The notes under the pieces are model-generated. The model searched no databases. It saw nothing but the letters and a program-made list of their open reading frames with translations, and was not told where the DNA came from. Below, piece after piece: positions 29,142-39,714 of a stretch of DNA of 64,000 bases (position 1 is the stretch's first letter; each line of letters begins with the position of its first letter). The position numbers and the translations under genes were made by a program. Source of the stretch: Candidatus Limnocylindrales bacterium (GTDB lineage: Bacteria; Chloroflexota; Limnocylindria; Limnocylindrales; CSP1-4). The stretch is taken from assembly GCA_038915165.1 (NCBI GenBank), contig JBCLDE010000002.1:7154-71153 (forward strand), in the 5' to 3' direction.

Positions 29142-30473
29142 TCAGCGCCGGCCCGACAGCATCCCCATGGCGGCGCGCTTGCCGCCACCGGAGAGCTGCT
29201 TCATGAGTTTCTGCATCTCGAGGAATTGCTTCACCAGCCGGTTCACGTCCGGCAAGGTCGTGCCGGAGCCGACGGCGATGCGCCGCCGACGGGAGCTGTT
29301 GAGGACATTCGGGTCGCGGCGCTCTCCCCGGGTCATCGCCCGGATGATCGCCTCGGTCCGTTTGAGATCGCCACGGTCGACGGCGGCCTGCGCCTCACCC
29401 GCGAGATTTCCCATCCCCGGGATCATCGACATGACCTGGCCGAGCGGCCCCATCTTCTGCATTTGCTGCATGGACTCGAGCATATCGTCAAGGGTGAAGC
29501 CGCCCTTGCGGAGCTTCTCCTCCAGCTTGGCCGCCTGTTTCTGGTCGACGACTTCCTGGGCGCGTTCGACGAGGGTCAGGATGTCGCCCATCCCAAGGAT
29601 CCGGCCGGCGAGCCGATCTGGGTGGAACACCTCCAGCGCATCGGTCTTCTCCCCGGTGCCCAGGAACTTGACCGGCATACCAGTGACGGCCGAGATGGAG
29701 AGTGCCGCACCGCCGCGAGCATCGCCATCGATCTTGGTGAGGATGAGGCCGGTCACCGGCACGGCCGCAGCGAAGGCCTGCGCGACGCCGACGGCCTCCT
29801 GGCCGGTCATCGCATCTACCACGAGGAGCGTCTCGACCGGCCTGACAGCCGCGTTGACAGCGGCGATCTCGGCCATCAGCGCCTCGTCGAGCGAAAGGCG
29901 GCCGGCGGTGTCGAGGATGACCACGTCGCAGACCTGTCGCTTCGCCTCCGCGACGCCACCGCGGGCGATGTCGACGACGGAGGTGCCGACCGGCGCGCGA
30001 TAGACCGGGATGTTGAGACTCTTGCCGAGCGTCTCGAGTTGCTCGGCCGCGGCCGGCCGATACGGGTCGGCGGCGACCAGGAGTGGGCGCCGTCCCAGCT
30101 TCACGACGTGGCGCGCGAGCTTGGCCGCGGAGGTGGTCTTGCCCGACCCCTGCAGGCCGACCATCGCCACGACCGCCGGGTTGCCCGACAGGTGGAAGGT
30201 CCGGTCGCCGGCCGACAAGAGCGCGACCAGCTCGTCGTTGACGATCTTGACCACCTGTTGACCAGCCGACAGGCTGCCCAGCACCTCGTGTCCGATGGCT
30301 CGTTCACGGACGCGTGCGATGAAGTCCTTGACGACCTTGAAGTTGACGTCCGCCTCGAGCAACGCCAGGCGGACCTCGCGCATCGCGGCATCGACATCGG
30401 CTTCGCTGATCCGGCCCCGGCCGGTCAGGTTGTCGAGGGTCTTGCGCAGCCTCTCGCTGAGGGTGTCGAACAT
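29142..30473 (-). CDS. ffh: Signal recognition particle protein Ffh
   Basis: The protein reads MFDTLSERL...MVGLQGSGKTTSAAKLA...DTAGR...M-domain (MGPLGQVMSMIPGMG). Start at the internal ATG at 30473. Confidence 0.9.
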   Translation of the reverse strand: MFDTLSERLRKTLDNLTGRGRISEADVDAAMREVRLALLEADVNFKVVKDFIARVRERAIGHEVLGSLSAGQQVVKIVNDELVALLSAGDRTFHLSGNPAVVAMVGLQGSGKTTSAAKLARHVVKLGRRPLLVAADPYRPAAAEQLETLGKSLNIPVYRAPVGTSVVDIARGGVAEAKRQVCDVVILDTAGRLSLDEALMAEIAAVNAAVRPVETLLVVDAMTGQEAVGVAQAFAAAVPVTGLILTKIDGDARGGAALSISAVTGMPVKFLGTGEKTDALEVFHPDRLAGRILGMGDILTLVERAQEVVDQKQAAKLEEKLRKGGFTLDDMLESMQQMQKMGPLGQVMSMIPGMGNLAGEAQAAVDRGDLKRTEAIIRAMTRGERRDPNVLNSSRRRRIAVGSGTTLPDVNRLVKQFLEMQKLMKQLSGGGKRAAMGMLSGRR

Positions 30474-30724
30474 GGTCCCGGTAGGACTCCGTGAGGTGGC
30501 AGACCGAGTCGGCGGCACGATCGCTCGCGGCCGACCCGGGTGGTGCGCGAGTTCTGACGCACCGAGGCAGGCGGAGTGTACCGCAGGGGCTCAAGGGCCG
30601 CCGGCGGTGGGGCACCGTCGCGGTCGTCGAAGGGTGGGTGTGCGGCGGCCGCGCGGAACCGAGCGCACGGTCGGGCCGACCATCATGGCCCTGCCCAGAA
30701 AGCCGCTCTTAACCTCGTGCAGAC

Positions 30725-30768
30725 TGGCCTGGGCTTCCTGGCCTGGGCTTCCTGGCCTGGGCTTCCTG
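30725..30768. repeat. Tandem repeat, 14-nt unit (tggcctgggcttcc) x3, in the ffh-ftsY spacer
   Basis: Direct reading of the sequence. Confidence 0.9.
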
Positions 30769-31243
30769 CCAAATGTGCATGTGGTGCGCCTTGGGCGACG
30801 CCTTGCGGTTGCATTGCGGAGGATCGCGAGCCCGACCACGCATAGTCACGCTCGCGAAACCCGCCGCCGGGCCAGTGATCGCCGCCTGGCGGCATTCGAA
30901 CCTGCCAACGGTGCACTCCATGCACACAAGCCAGAACATCAGCGGGCCCGTCGCGGCGACCTGCGCGGCTTCGGGCCCGAGCGCGGCCCTATGCTCCCAC
31001 CCGCATGCGCGATCCCTTTGCCTCCCCGCTGTGGCGCAACCCGACCTGCGTTCGTGTGTGGACCGCCGCGACTGTCTCGATCTTCGGCTTCAGCGGGAAC
31101 GCGTGGTCGACGCCAACGCCGCCCTGGCAGCGAGCGGCTCGGCGGCCGAGTTCATGGCCTGGATGGTCCTAGACCGCGGACCCCAGCCGAGATCGTCATC
31201 GACGTCGAACGCGACCAACCGGTCGGCTTCTGACTGATCCCGT

Positions 31244-32329
31244 TCAGGCGAACAGCGCCGCCACGAAAGCGTCCGAGTCGAAGGGCAGCAGGTCGCCGAC
31301 CGCCTCCCCCACTCCGACGAAGCGGACTGGCACCTTGAGGGCGTCCTCGATCGCGAAGACGATGCCGCCCTTGGCGGTCGAATCGAGCTTCGTGAGGACG
31401 ATCCCGGTCAGTCCGACTGCCTCATGGAAGGCTATGGCCTGGGCGAGGCCGTTCTGCCCGGTCGTCGCGTCGAGTACGAAGAGCGTCTCCGGTCGTGCCC
31501 CGGGCAGGCGCTTGTCGATGATCCGGCGGACCTTTGACAATTCGTCCATCAGGTTCGACTTCGTGTGCAGGCGTCCCGCCGTGTCCACGATCACGAGGTC
31601 CGCGCCACGGGCCACTGCGGCGTCGAGCGCGTCGTAGACGACGGCCCCGGGATCCGCGCCGGGGGCATGGGCGATGACCGGGACACCGGCCCGATCGGCC
31701 CAGATCCGCAGCTGGTCGATGGCGGCGGCGCGGAACGTGTCGGCGGCGGCCAGGATGATCGTCCGACCTTCGCCGACGTACAGGCTGGCCAGCTTGCCGA
31801 TCGTCGTCGTCTTGCCCGTGCCATTGACACCGACCACCAGCACGACCGCCGGGCCGCCCGCCACCGCCGATCGAGGGCTCCAGCCAAGGTCACGCGGAAC
31901 AAGCAGGGCCGCCAGCTCGGCCCGGATCGCGGCCTCGGGGCCAGCCGGGTCGCGCCGTTTGCGGGCCCGCTCGACGAGGTCCATCGCCAGCACCGCGCCG
32001 ACGTCGCCGGCGATGAGCGTCTCCTCCACGTCGTCCCACGACGGACCGGCGCCCGTCTCGCTCCCCAGGAAGCCGCGCAGGCGGAACATGAAGCCGCCGC
32101 GGGTCCGTTGAAGGCCGGCTGCGATGTTGCCCGGGGAGGCCGGTCCTGGTTCGGGTTCCGGTTCGGGTTCCGGCCCGACTCCGGCACTTGCCTCGGACAT
32201 GGGGTTGGCATCGGGCGGATCGTCGAAGTCGTGATCCGGCTCCCAGTCGGCTGGGACGGACTCGGGCTCGATGGCCTCGGGCGCCCCGATCTCGGCTGGT
32301 TCGTCTCCGCGTCGCCGCCAGAAGGGCAT
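31244..32329 (-). CDS. ftsY: Signal recognition particle receptor FtsY (with an acidic PE-repeat A-domain)
   Basis: The protein reads ...[20 protein letters not shown]...DTAGRLHTK...[10 protein letters not shown]. Start placed at the internal ATG (MPFWRRR...) 10 nt after the smc stop. The ORF-track start at 32431 would overlap smc. Confidence 0.85.
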   Translation of the reverse strand: MPFWRRRGDEPAEIGAPEAIEPESVPADWEPDHDFDDPPDANPMSEASAGVGPEPEPEPEPGPASPGNIAAGLQRTRGGFMFRLRGFLGSETGAGPSWDDVEETLIAGDVGAVLAMDLVERARKRRDPAGPEAAIRAELAALLVPRDLGWSPRSAVAGGPAVVLVVGVNGTGKTTTIGKLASLYVGEGRTIILAAADTFRAAAIDQLRIWADRAGVPVIAHAPGADPGAVVYDALDAAVARGADLVIVDTAGRLHTKSNLMDELSKVRRIIDKRLPGARPETLFVLDATTGQNGLAQAIAFHEAVGLTGIVLTKLDSTAKGGIVFAIEDALKVPVRFVGVGEAVGDLLPFDSDAFVAALFA

Positions 32330-32339
32330 CGGACTGCGC

Positions 32340-35300
32340 TTAGCCGGCCGTGGCCAGTTCGCCGCGATCGCGCGCCGCCAGAGCCTGCGCCTCGTCCAGC
32401 CGGAGGCTGATGACCCGGCTGACGGAGTCATCGCCGACGGTCACCCCGTAGAGCGCATCGGCCGCCTCGATCGTGCCCCGGTTATGGGTGATCACGATGA
32501 ACTGGGTCTGATGGGCCAGGCTGCGCAGGGCATCGGCGAAGCGCCCGATATTGGCTTCGTCAAGGGCCGCGTCGACCTCGTCGAGGACGCAGAACGGGAC
32601 CGGTCGAACTTCAAGCATCGCGAACAGGAGCGCGACCGCGGTCAACGCGCGTTCCCCGCCTGAGAGCATGGCGAGGGCCTGTGGCTTCTTGCCCGGTGGT
32701 TGCGCCACGATCTCCACGCCGGTCGAGCCGAGGTCCGTCGGGTCGGTCAGGGACAGCTTCGCGGAGCCTCCGCCGAAGAGCTGCTCGAACCGTGCCGCGA
32801 ACGCTGTCTCCAGGGCCCGGAACGTCGCCCGGAAGCGGTCCGCGATCATCGTGTCCAACTCGGCGATGAGATCACGTGTGCGCATGATGGCCGTCCGCAG
32901 GTCCGCGTCCTGGGCCTCGAGCGTTGCAAGCCGAATGCTGAGGGCCGTGTACTCATCGACGGCGTACGGGTTCACCGCGCCGAGCTCGTGGAAGCGTCGA
33001 CGGAGTTGGCCCAGGCGAGCCGAGCTGGGGGCTGGCAGGCTCGGTGGCTGCGCGGCCCAGACCGGCGCGGCCCGATCGATCGCGGTCTCGAGTGCCGCCA
33101 CTTCGTCCGATACGGCGCCGTCATCGGTCGTCGCGGGGCCGACACCGACCGGCGCGGGACCGGCGCCGACCGCCGTGGGGCCGACGCCGACCGCCGCGAG
33201 ACGTACGACACCCAGCTCCCCCAGCCCGGCGAGCTCGACGACGACCCCCTCGCGCAGTGCATCAAGCCCGAGGCGCGCCTCGAGGTCCGTGTGGTCGGCG
33301 GCGCGGAGTCGGGCGTCGGCGGCGCGGAGCCGCTCGCGGGCGGCGGTCGCGTCGCGTTCCGCGGCCGCAAGGCGATCTCGATCTGCTGCGTCAGCCGCAT
33401 GGACCTCCGCCAGGCCAGTCCGTGCGGCAACCTCGCGCTCGGCACTTACTGCGATCTCGGTCCGCAGGGCGTCACGCTCCTCGGCCAGCGCCCGTTCACG
33501 CGCCCCGAGCACAGCGATCTCCTGGTCGGCACGGGCCATCCGCTCCTCGGCCATCATCGTCGAGGCCTCCGCACGAGCCCGGCGATGCTCGGCCTCGCGG
33601 CGCGCAGCTTCTCCGGCGGTGGCCTCTTCGGCCAGGCGATCCCGTCGGGCGCGCAGGGCCGTCGCACGGGCTTCCCAGGCGGCGATCCCGGCGCCATCCT
33701 CCGGGCCGTCCGAGGGGGCCATGTCCGCGTCACCCGCTTCCGGCTCCACCGCCAACGCCGCTACGGCGGCCCGGCCACGCTCGAGTTCTGCCTGCAGGCG
33801 CTCCGTCTGGGCCTCATGCCAGGACGCTTCGCGGACGACCGTCTCCAGTCGACGTGCAGCGAGTCGTTCCGCTTCCTCGGTGGCACGACGCGCACTGCCG
33901 GCCCGGCTTTCCTCAGCTCGCGCGGCCTCCGCCGCCGCCTGTGCAGATCGCGCGGCCGACTCCGCCTCCGTGGCCGCCGCCCGCAGCTCCGCGACCCCCT
34001 GGTCGAGTCGCTCCAGTTCGCCGCTGAGGCGGGTCGCATCTGCCCGTCGCTCCAGTACCGATTCGGTCGCCCCGAAGGTGACCGCGAACTCCGTGACGGT
34101 CGCACTGCCGTCCCGCGGCACGGCGACCCAGCCCGGTGGCAGGACGGCCTGGATGGCGAGTGCGGCGGGAAGGTCCGGCAGCCAGGCGGCCCGGGCCAGC
34201 AATCGCCGGGCGGCACCCGTGGTATCCCGGCGCACGGCGCCATCCAGCGTGCCGCCGCCGGCCGCGGCCAGAGCCTCCCGGAACCGCCGCTCGCGAGCGT
34301 CATCGGGGCCGCCAGCGCCCAGGGCGCGTTCCGAGACGACGAGCGACCCGCGTTCGCCCGCCAGCGACGCGACGGCGTCCAGATTCACGATATAGGCGCG
34401 CGTCGCCTCGGCCAGTGCGGCTTCGGCGGCAGCCCGAAGCGGTGGATCGATGGCGAGATCCTCGTCGAGACGGCGGCCACCCACGCGGCGGGCGGCTCGA
34501 GCGATCCCACGGGCCTCCTCATCGGCAAGCCTGGCGGCGAGGCTGTCAACACGCGATCGGACGGCGGCCGCGACCGCACTGGCTGCCGCCGCGCGTTCCT
34601 GGGCGCCCGTTCGTTCGGCTTCCGCGGCACTGGCCAGCTCGCGGGACGATCCACGGCGATCCACGGCGGCGGCTTCGGCATCGACGGCCTCCGCGAGCGC
34701 CAGCCGAGCTGCGGCCAGGCCGGCATCGAGCACCGCTCGTCGTTCCAGGGACGCTTCGGCCTGACCGGCTTCCTCGGCAGTCCGGTGTTCCACCTCCGCC
34801 AGGCGGCGTCGGGCAGTCTCGGCTTCGGCCTGCCGCGCAGCGGCGGCGCGGCGCAGTGCAGCGAGCTCCTGGCCGTGTACCTGTCGGGCGCTGCGCAGAG
34901 CGGCCAGCTCAGCGAGGGCGTCAGCCAGCTCGCGTTCGGCTTCCCCGAGGCTCGCGCCGAGGTCCAGGTCCGGAGGTGGCACCGGGGCGGCGATCGATCG
35001 TCGGCCGGCCGCCATCTCCGCCTCCGCGGCGGCCCGCTCGGCGACGAGCCGACGTCGATCGCGATCCAGCGCATCGAGATCCGACGCCAGCCGGGCATCG
35101 CGCAGCTGCGCCGAGGTGGCCGCTGTCCGTGCGGCGTCGTGCGCCTCGCGCCGATCACGCTCCAGCGTCGCCCGGACGGCGAGCTCAGTCGAGAGTCCGG
35201 ACGCGGTCGTCTCGGCCTCGCCGAGATCTGTCATCGCCCGCTCGACCTCGGCCCGCACGCGGTCGCGCTCCCCCTGCGCCACGGCCAGCCGGGCGGCGGC

Positions 35301-36032
35301 CTCGTGCCAGCGGGCGTGCATGGCCAGGACCAATGCGTCGGCCAGTTCCGCCGCGGTGGTCTCACGTGATGCCTGCTGCTCGGCCTGGGATGCCAGCCGA
35401 CGGGCCTGCGGCCGCAGCTCTCCGAGGATGTCCTCGACACGAGCCAGGTTCGCCTCGGATTCGGTCAGTTGTTCTTCGGCCCGGCGACGTCGCCGCTCGT
35501 GCCGTCGGACCCCGGCCACCTCCTCGAACAACGGCCGTCGTTCCTCCGGGCGCAGCGCAAGCGCCTGATCGACCATCCCCTGGCCGATGAACAGGAAGGC
35601 GTTGTCGGCCAGATGGGCGGCGTCCAGCAGGTCGACCAGATCGCGCAGGCGGATCCGGCTCTTGTTCAGCAGGTACTCGTTCTCGCCTGAACGGTACAGG
35701 CGACGGCCAAGCTCCAACACCTGGTACTCGACCGGCAGTAGGCCGTCCCCGTTATCGAGGACGAGCGTGACATCGGCCATCCCCTGGGCGGCGCGCTTCT
35801 CCGAGCCCGCCCAGATGACATCCTCAGCCTTGCGCGAACGAAGCGCCCGGCCCTGCTCGCCGAGCGCCCAGCGCAACGCGTCCGCGAGGTTGCTCTTGCC
35901 CGAGCCATTCGGCCCGACGACCGCACTGATACCCGGCCCGAACTCCACGATGGTCCGCTCCGCGAACGACTTGAATCCTTGCAGGCGCAGGGCGAGCAGG
36001 CGCGGTTCGGTCCGGCGGCCGTCGTCGATCAC
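32340..36032 (-). CDS. smc: Chromosome partition protein SMC (1230 aa)
   Basis: The N-terminal Walker A is FGPGISAVVGPNGSGKSNLADAL. There are long Ala/Arg/Glu coiled coils. The C-terminal signature/Walker B is LSGGERALTAVALLFAM...VLDEVDAALD. Confidence 0.9.
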   Translation of the reverse strand: MIDDGRRTEPRLLALRLQGFKSFAERTIVEFGPGISAVVGPNGSGKSNLADALRWALGEQGRALRSRKAEDVIWAGSEKRAAQGMADVTLVLDNGDGLLPVEYQVLELGRRLYRSGENEYLLNKSRIRLRDLVDLLDAAHLADNAFLFIGQGMVDQALALRPEERRPLFEEVAGVRRHERRRRRAEEQLTESEANLARVEDILGELRPQARRLASQAEQQASRETTAAELADALVLAMHARWHEAAARLAVAQGERDRVRAEVERAMTDLGEAETTASGLSTELAVRATLERDRREAHDAARTAATSAQLRDARLASDLDALDRDRRRLVAERAAAEAEMAAGRRSIAAPVPPPDLDLGASLGEAERELADALAELAALRSARQVHGQELAALRRAAAARQAEAETARRRLAEVEHRTAEEAGQAEASLERRAVLDAGLAAARLALAEAVDAEAAAVDRRGSSRELASAAEAERTGAQERAAAASAVAAAVRSRVDSLAARLADEEARGIARAARRVGGRRLDEDLAIDPPLRAAAEAALAEATRAYIVNLDAVASLAGERGSLVVSERALGAGGPDDARERRFREALAAAGGGTLDGAVRRDTTGAARRLLARAAWLPDLPAALAIQAVLPPGWVAVPRDGSATVTEFAVTFGATESVLERRADATRLSGELERLDQGVAELRAAATEAESAARSAQAAAEAARAEESRAGSARRATEEAERLAARRLETVVREASWHEAQTERLQAELERGRAAVAALAVEPEAGDADMAPSDGPEDGAGIAAWEARATALRARRDRLAEEATAGEAARREAEHRRARAEASTMMAEERMARADQEIAVLGARERALAEERDALRTEIAVSAEREVAARTGLAEVHAADAADRDRLAAAERDATAARERLRAADARLRAADHTDLEARLGLDALREGVVVELAGLGELGVVRLAAVGVGPTAVGAGPAPVGVGPATTDDGAVSDEVAALETAIDRAAPVWAAQPPSLPAPSSARLGQLRRRFHELGAVNPYAVDEYTALSIRLATLEAQDADLRTAIMRTRDLIAELDTMIADRFRATFRALETAFAARFEQLFGGGSAKLSLTDPTDLGSTGVEIVAQPPGKKPQALAMLSGGERALTAVALLFAMLEVRPVPFCVLDEVDAALDEANIGRFADALRSLAHQTQFIVITHNRGTIEAADALYGVTVGDDSVSRVISLRLDEAQALAARDRGELATAG
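33136..33198. repeat. In-frame tandem repeat of about 21 nt x3 inside smc, encoding GVGPTAV-GAGPAPV-GVGPATT
   Basis: The sequence reads ggccgacaccgaccggcgcgggaccggcgccgaccgccgtggggccgacgccgaccgccgcg. Confidence 0.8.
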
Positions 36033-36742
36033 GTGATCGCACCGTCCCGTTCGCTCGCTCGAAGTCGCGTCAAGGCCTGCGCGGCAGCCGCCGTCTCAGC
36101 CGTGCGCCGGGAGGGGCCTTCGCCGGTCCCGACCAGCTCGTCGTCGACCCAGACCTCGATCCGGAACGACTTCTCGTGGTCGGGACCGGTCGTGTCGATG
36201 AGGCGGTAAGCGGGCCGATCTCCGGATCGGCGCTGGGTGAACTCCTGGAGTCGGCTCTTTGGGCTCTTGAGGACGCCGATGGGCGCCTCCGCAATCAGCT
36301 CTGGTTCGGCCAGGCCGATGATCCAATCGCGCACCGGGCCGAATCCCATGTCCAGATACAGCGCGCCAGCGACCGCTTCCAGGGTGGACGCCAGCAATGA
36401 TGGCCGGCGTCGGCCGCTGCGCCTGGATTCGCCCTCGCCGAGAAGCATGGCACTGCCGAGGTCGATCCGGCCGGCCAGCCGGGCGAGGCCGGTGGTCGAA
36501 ACGATGGCGGCTCGACGCGCGCTCAGATTCCCCTCGTCATCTGTCGGGTGACGGGCGTACAGCGCCTCGGACAACGCCAGGTTGACCACGGCGTCACCCA
36601 AGAACTCGAGACGCTCGTTGTGGCCGGCCGCGGCGTCGGGGTGCTCGTGATACCAACTCGAATGGACGAGGGCCTGCTCCAGCAGGCCCAGGTCGCTGAC
36701 GGGAAGACCGAGACGCGCCGCGAACGCTTCGGCGGGACGCAC
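36029..36742 (-). CDS. rnc: Ribonuclease III
   Basis: The signature is HNERLEFLGDAVV (ERLEFLGDA) and a C-terminal dsRBD. Confidence 0.9.
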   Translation of the reverse strand: MRPAEAFAARLGLPVSDLGLLEQALVHSSWYHEHPDAAAGHNERLEFLGDAVVNLALSEALYARHPTDDEGNLSARRAAIVSTTGLARLAGRIDLGSAMLLGEGESRRSGRRRPSLLASTLEAVAGALYLDMGFGPVRDWIIGLAEPELIAEAPIGVLKSPKSRLQEFTQRRSGDRPAYRLIDTTGPDHEKSFRIEVWVDDELVGTGEGPSRRTAETAAAAQALTRLRASERDGAIT

Positions 36743-36776
36743 GAGGACCGTGGTCCGGCCGACCGCTCGGTGGTGC

Positions 36777-37462
<686 letters not shown>

Positions 37463-37479
<17 letters not shown>

Positions 37480-37777
37480 CGACCAGCACGGTCACGCCAC
37501 CGAGCTCCAGGCCGAGGACACGTTCCACGGTGGCGGCGACCGTCACACGGATGTGGGCGGTCAGCGCGGCCAGTGACTGACCGGGGCGCGCGACGATGCA
37601 GAGACGCACCACGACACGGTCGTCGCGGAGCCGGACGGAGACCGCCGGACCGCCCAGCAAACGCCGCCAGATCGGCCCGCCTCGACCGACCTTCACCACG
37701 CCGGGAACCTCGAACGCGGCCAGACGGACGAGCTCGGCGATGACCCCATGCCCGACCGTCAGTCCCGGACTGGTCAT
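37463..37777 (-). CDS. Asp23/Gls24 family envelope-stress protein
   Basis: The protein reads MTSPGLTVGHGVIAELVRLAAFEVPGVVKV... The start ATG overlaps the plsX stop (ATGA). Confidence 0.7.
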
Positions 37778-38829
37778 CACGTCTCCTCCACGCCAGTGGC
37801 CACAGCCGACCCGAAAGCCGCCGCGATGAGCGCCGGGACGCCGGTCCGAGCGGACGTCGCGGCGACCTCGCAGGCATAGCCGACCATCCGGCGCCTGGCT
37901 CGACCGTGGGTGATGATGACCGTGCCGCGGACCCCCAGCAGTGGCGATCCGCCCATCCTCTCGTAGTCGAAGACACTCCGGATCCGATCGATCCCGGGCT
38001 GCATGAGCAGGGCCGCCAGCCGACCGCGCCACGATCCGCGGAACTCGGCCCGCCACAGGTCGGCCATGAACGTGGTCAGGCCCTCGAAGAACTTGATGAC
38101 GACGTTGCCGAGGACGGCATCGCAGACCACGACGTCCGCCAGGTGCCGGGTCAGGTCCTTGCCTTCGACGTTGCCCTCGAAGTGCAGGTCCGTCGCGTCG
38201 AGCAACTCGGTCGCACGTTGGATGCGGGCGTCGCCCTTGCCCTTCTCCTCGCCGATCGACAGGAGCGCCACACGCGGCTGTGCGACGCCCAGCACGCGCT
38301 CGGCGAAGATCGCGCCCATCCGTGCGTACTGGACAAGGTTCTCGGGTGTCGAATCAGGGTTCGCGCCGATATCCAGCAGGACCATCGGTCCGCTGTCGGT
38401 GATCATCTGGATGGCCAGCGCCGGTCGGTCCACGCCGGGCAGGCGGCCCAGCCGGAGGACCGCAGCGGCCATGCCCGCTCCGGTGTGACCGGCAGTGACG
38501 ACGGCGTCAGCCTCGCCGCGCTTGACCAGATCCATCGCGACAAGGATCGTCGAGTCCTTCTTACCGCGGAGGGCGAGCGCCGGATGCTCGTCCATGCCGA
38601 TGACCTGGCTGGCATGGACAATGGAAACGTTCGCCGGCAGGTCGCCGGCGATGGCTCGGACGACGGCCTCGTCTCCGACGAGGATGAGACGGTCGTCAGG
38701 ATGTGTTCGGGCGAAGTCGAGGGCGCCGGGGACGACTTCCGAAGGTCCGTGGTCGCCGCCCATGGCGTCCACCGCAACGCGGACCCCGGACCCGTCCGGG
38801 CGGGACGGGAGGGCCTGCGACTCCGTCAC
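37777..38829 (-). CDS. plsX: Phosphate acyltransferase PlsX
   Basis: The protein reads VRVAVDAMGGDHGPSEVVPG. The GTG start sits 2 nt after the rpmF stop. The ORF-track start at 39066 would overlap rpmF. Confidence 0.85.
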   Translation of the reverse strand: MTESQALPSRPDGSGVRVAVDAMGGDHGPSEVVPGALDFARTHPDDRLILVGDEAVVRAIAGDLPANVSIVHASQVIGMDEHPALALRGKKDSTILVAMDLVKRGEADAVVTAGHTGAGMAAAVLRLGRLPGVDRPALAIQMITDSGPMVLLDIGANPDSTPENLVQYARMGAIFAERVLGVAQPRVALLSIGEEKGKGDARIQRATELLDATDLHFEGNVEGKDLTRHLADVVVCDAVLGNVVIKFFEGLTTFMADLWRAEFRGSWRGRLAALLMQPGIDRIRSVFDYERMGGSPLLGVRGTVIITHGRARRRMVGYACEVAATSARTGVPALIAAAFGSAVATGVEET

Positions 38830-38833
38830 CGCG

Positions 38834-39034
38834 TCAGCGCGCGGCGTCGTCGGCGACTGGCTTGACCGGAATCGCCAGGCGGCCGTTGTAGTAGCCGCAA
38901 TGGGGGCAGACGTGATGCGGCAGCTTCTTCTCGTGGCAATGCGGGCACGCCTCGAGGGTCGGCAGGCTGATGGCGAGGTGCGCTCGCCGCTCGCCCTGGC
39001 GGGCATGCGAGACGCGTCGCTTGGGTACACCCAT
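38834..39034 (-). CDS. rpmF: 50S ribosomal protein L32 (Zn-ribbon form)
   Basis: The protein reads MGVPKRRVSHARQGERRAH...CPHCHEKKLPHHVCPHCGYY. Confidence 0.9.
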   Translation of the reverse strand: MGVPKRRVSHARQGERRAHLAISLPTLEACPHCHEKKLPHHVCPHCGYYNGRLAIPVKPVADDAAR

Positions 39035-39159
39035 GGGATCGCGGACTCCTTTGGATCATCGCCCATCGCGATGCGCTGGCTGGCTTTCTGGGCGTCCGCG
39101 AACCTCGAACTGGAGGTGCCGGACCGACGGCGGAGTGTAGCGCGATTCGGTCGCGGCTG

Positions 39160-39714
39160 TCAGGCGTCATCCGCCCGGAACCCTCGAAGCGCCGCCATAC
39201 GAGGATCGATGTCCTCAACGGGATGGTCATGCGGACCTTCGTCGAGCCGACCGCCGCAGACGATGCATAGACCCGCGCAATCCGGACGACAGCGCGGCGC
39301 GAACGGCTCCGCGAGCTGGATGGCTTCGCGGACCGGCGTTTCCAATCTCAACTCATGGTGATCGGTCAGGCGCGCGACATCGGGTTCCTCGTCGACCGGG
39401 AGCGGGCGGCCCGTGGCCATGTCGAGCGACGGCAGGTACTCCTCCTGCAGCCGAACGTCGACGGGATACGCGATCTCGCGCAGGCAGCGACTGCACGCGA
39501 GCGCCAGGGTGGTACGGAGGTCCGCTCCGGCCAGGATGCCGCGATTGGTCCGCAGCAGGCGCACTTGGCCGTCGATAGGTTCGGCCAGTCGCAGATCGTC
39601 GCCGAGGTCCATCGTGAGGCCGCTGAAAGGGTAGACCCGCTCCGCGCCCAGGTCATCCGTCAGCAGGCCTGAGACGTTCCAGGTGAGCGCCGCATCGAGA
39701 TGGCCGGCGCTCAC
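39160..39714 (-). CDS. yceD: YceD/DUF177 family protein (large-subunit rRNA accumulation factor)
   Basis: It has the C-terminal Cys cluster CSRCL...CRPDCAGLCIVCG. Its position upstream of rpmF is conserved. Confidence 0.75.
   Translation of the reverse strand: MSAGHLDAALTWNVSGLLTDDLGAERVYPFSGLTMDLGDDLRLAEPIDGQVRLLRTNRGILAGADLRTTLALACSRCLREIAYPVDVRLQEEYLPSLDMATGRPLPVDEEPDVARLTDHHELRLETPVREAIQLAEPFAPRCRPDCAGLCIVCGGRLDEGPHDHPVEDIDPRMAALRGFRADDA

Noticed and set aside
30721-30780. SRP RNA (4.5S) candidate near ffh, because the repeat contains CAGGAAGC-like sequence
   Set aside because: The domain IV consensus (GGUCCGGAAGGAAGCAGC with flanking symmetric loop) is not present. The match is a by-product of the 14-nt tandem repeat.
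30881-30910. tRNA T-arm-like motif (GGTTCGAATgcc on the minus strand) in the ffh-ftsY gap
   Set aside because: Flanking sequence cannot form a 5-bp T stem with a 7-nt loop. No complementary acceptor-stem partner lies about 70 nt away on either strand. It looks like chance similarity.
30773-31237. Plus-strand 154-aa ORF in the ffh-ftsY gap as a real gene
   Set aside because: It has no recognisable domain and no SD at the start, and it is opposite in orientation to the operon. It is flagged in the findings as part of an anomalous gap rather than called a CDS.
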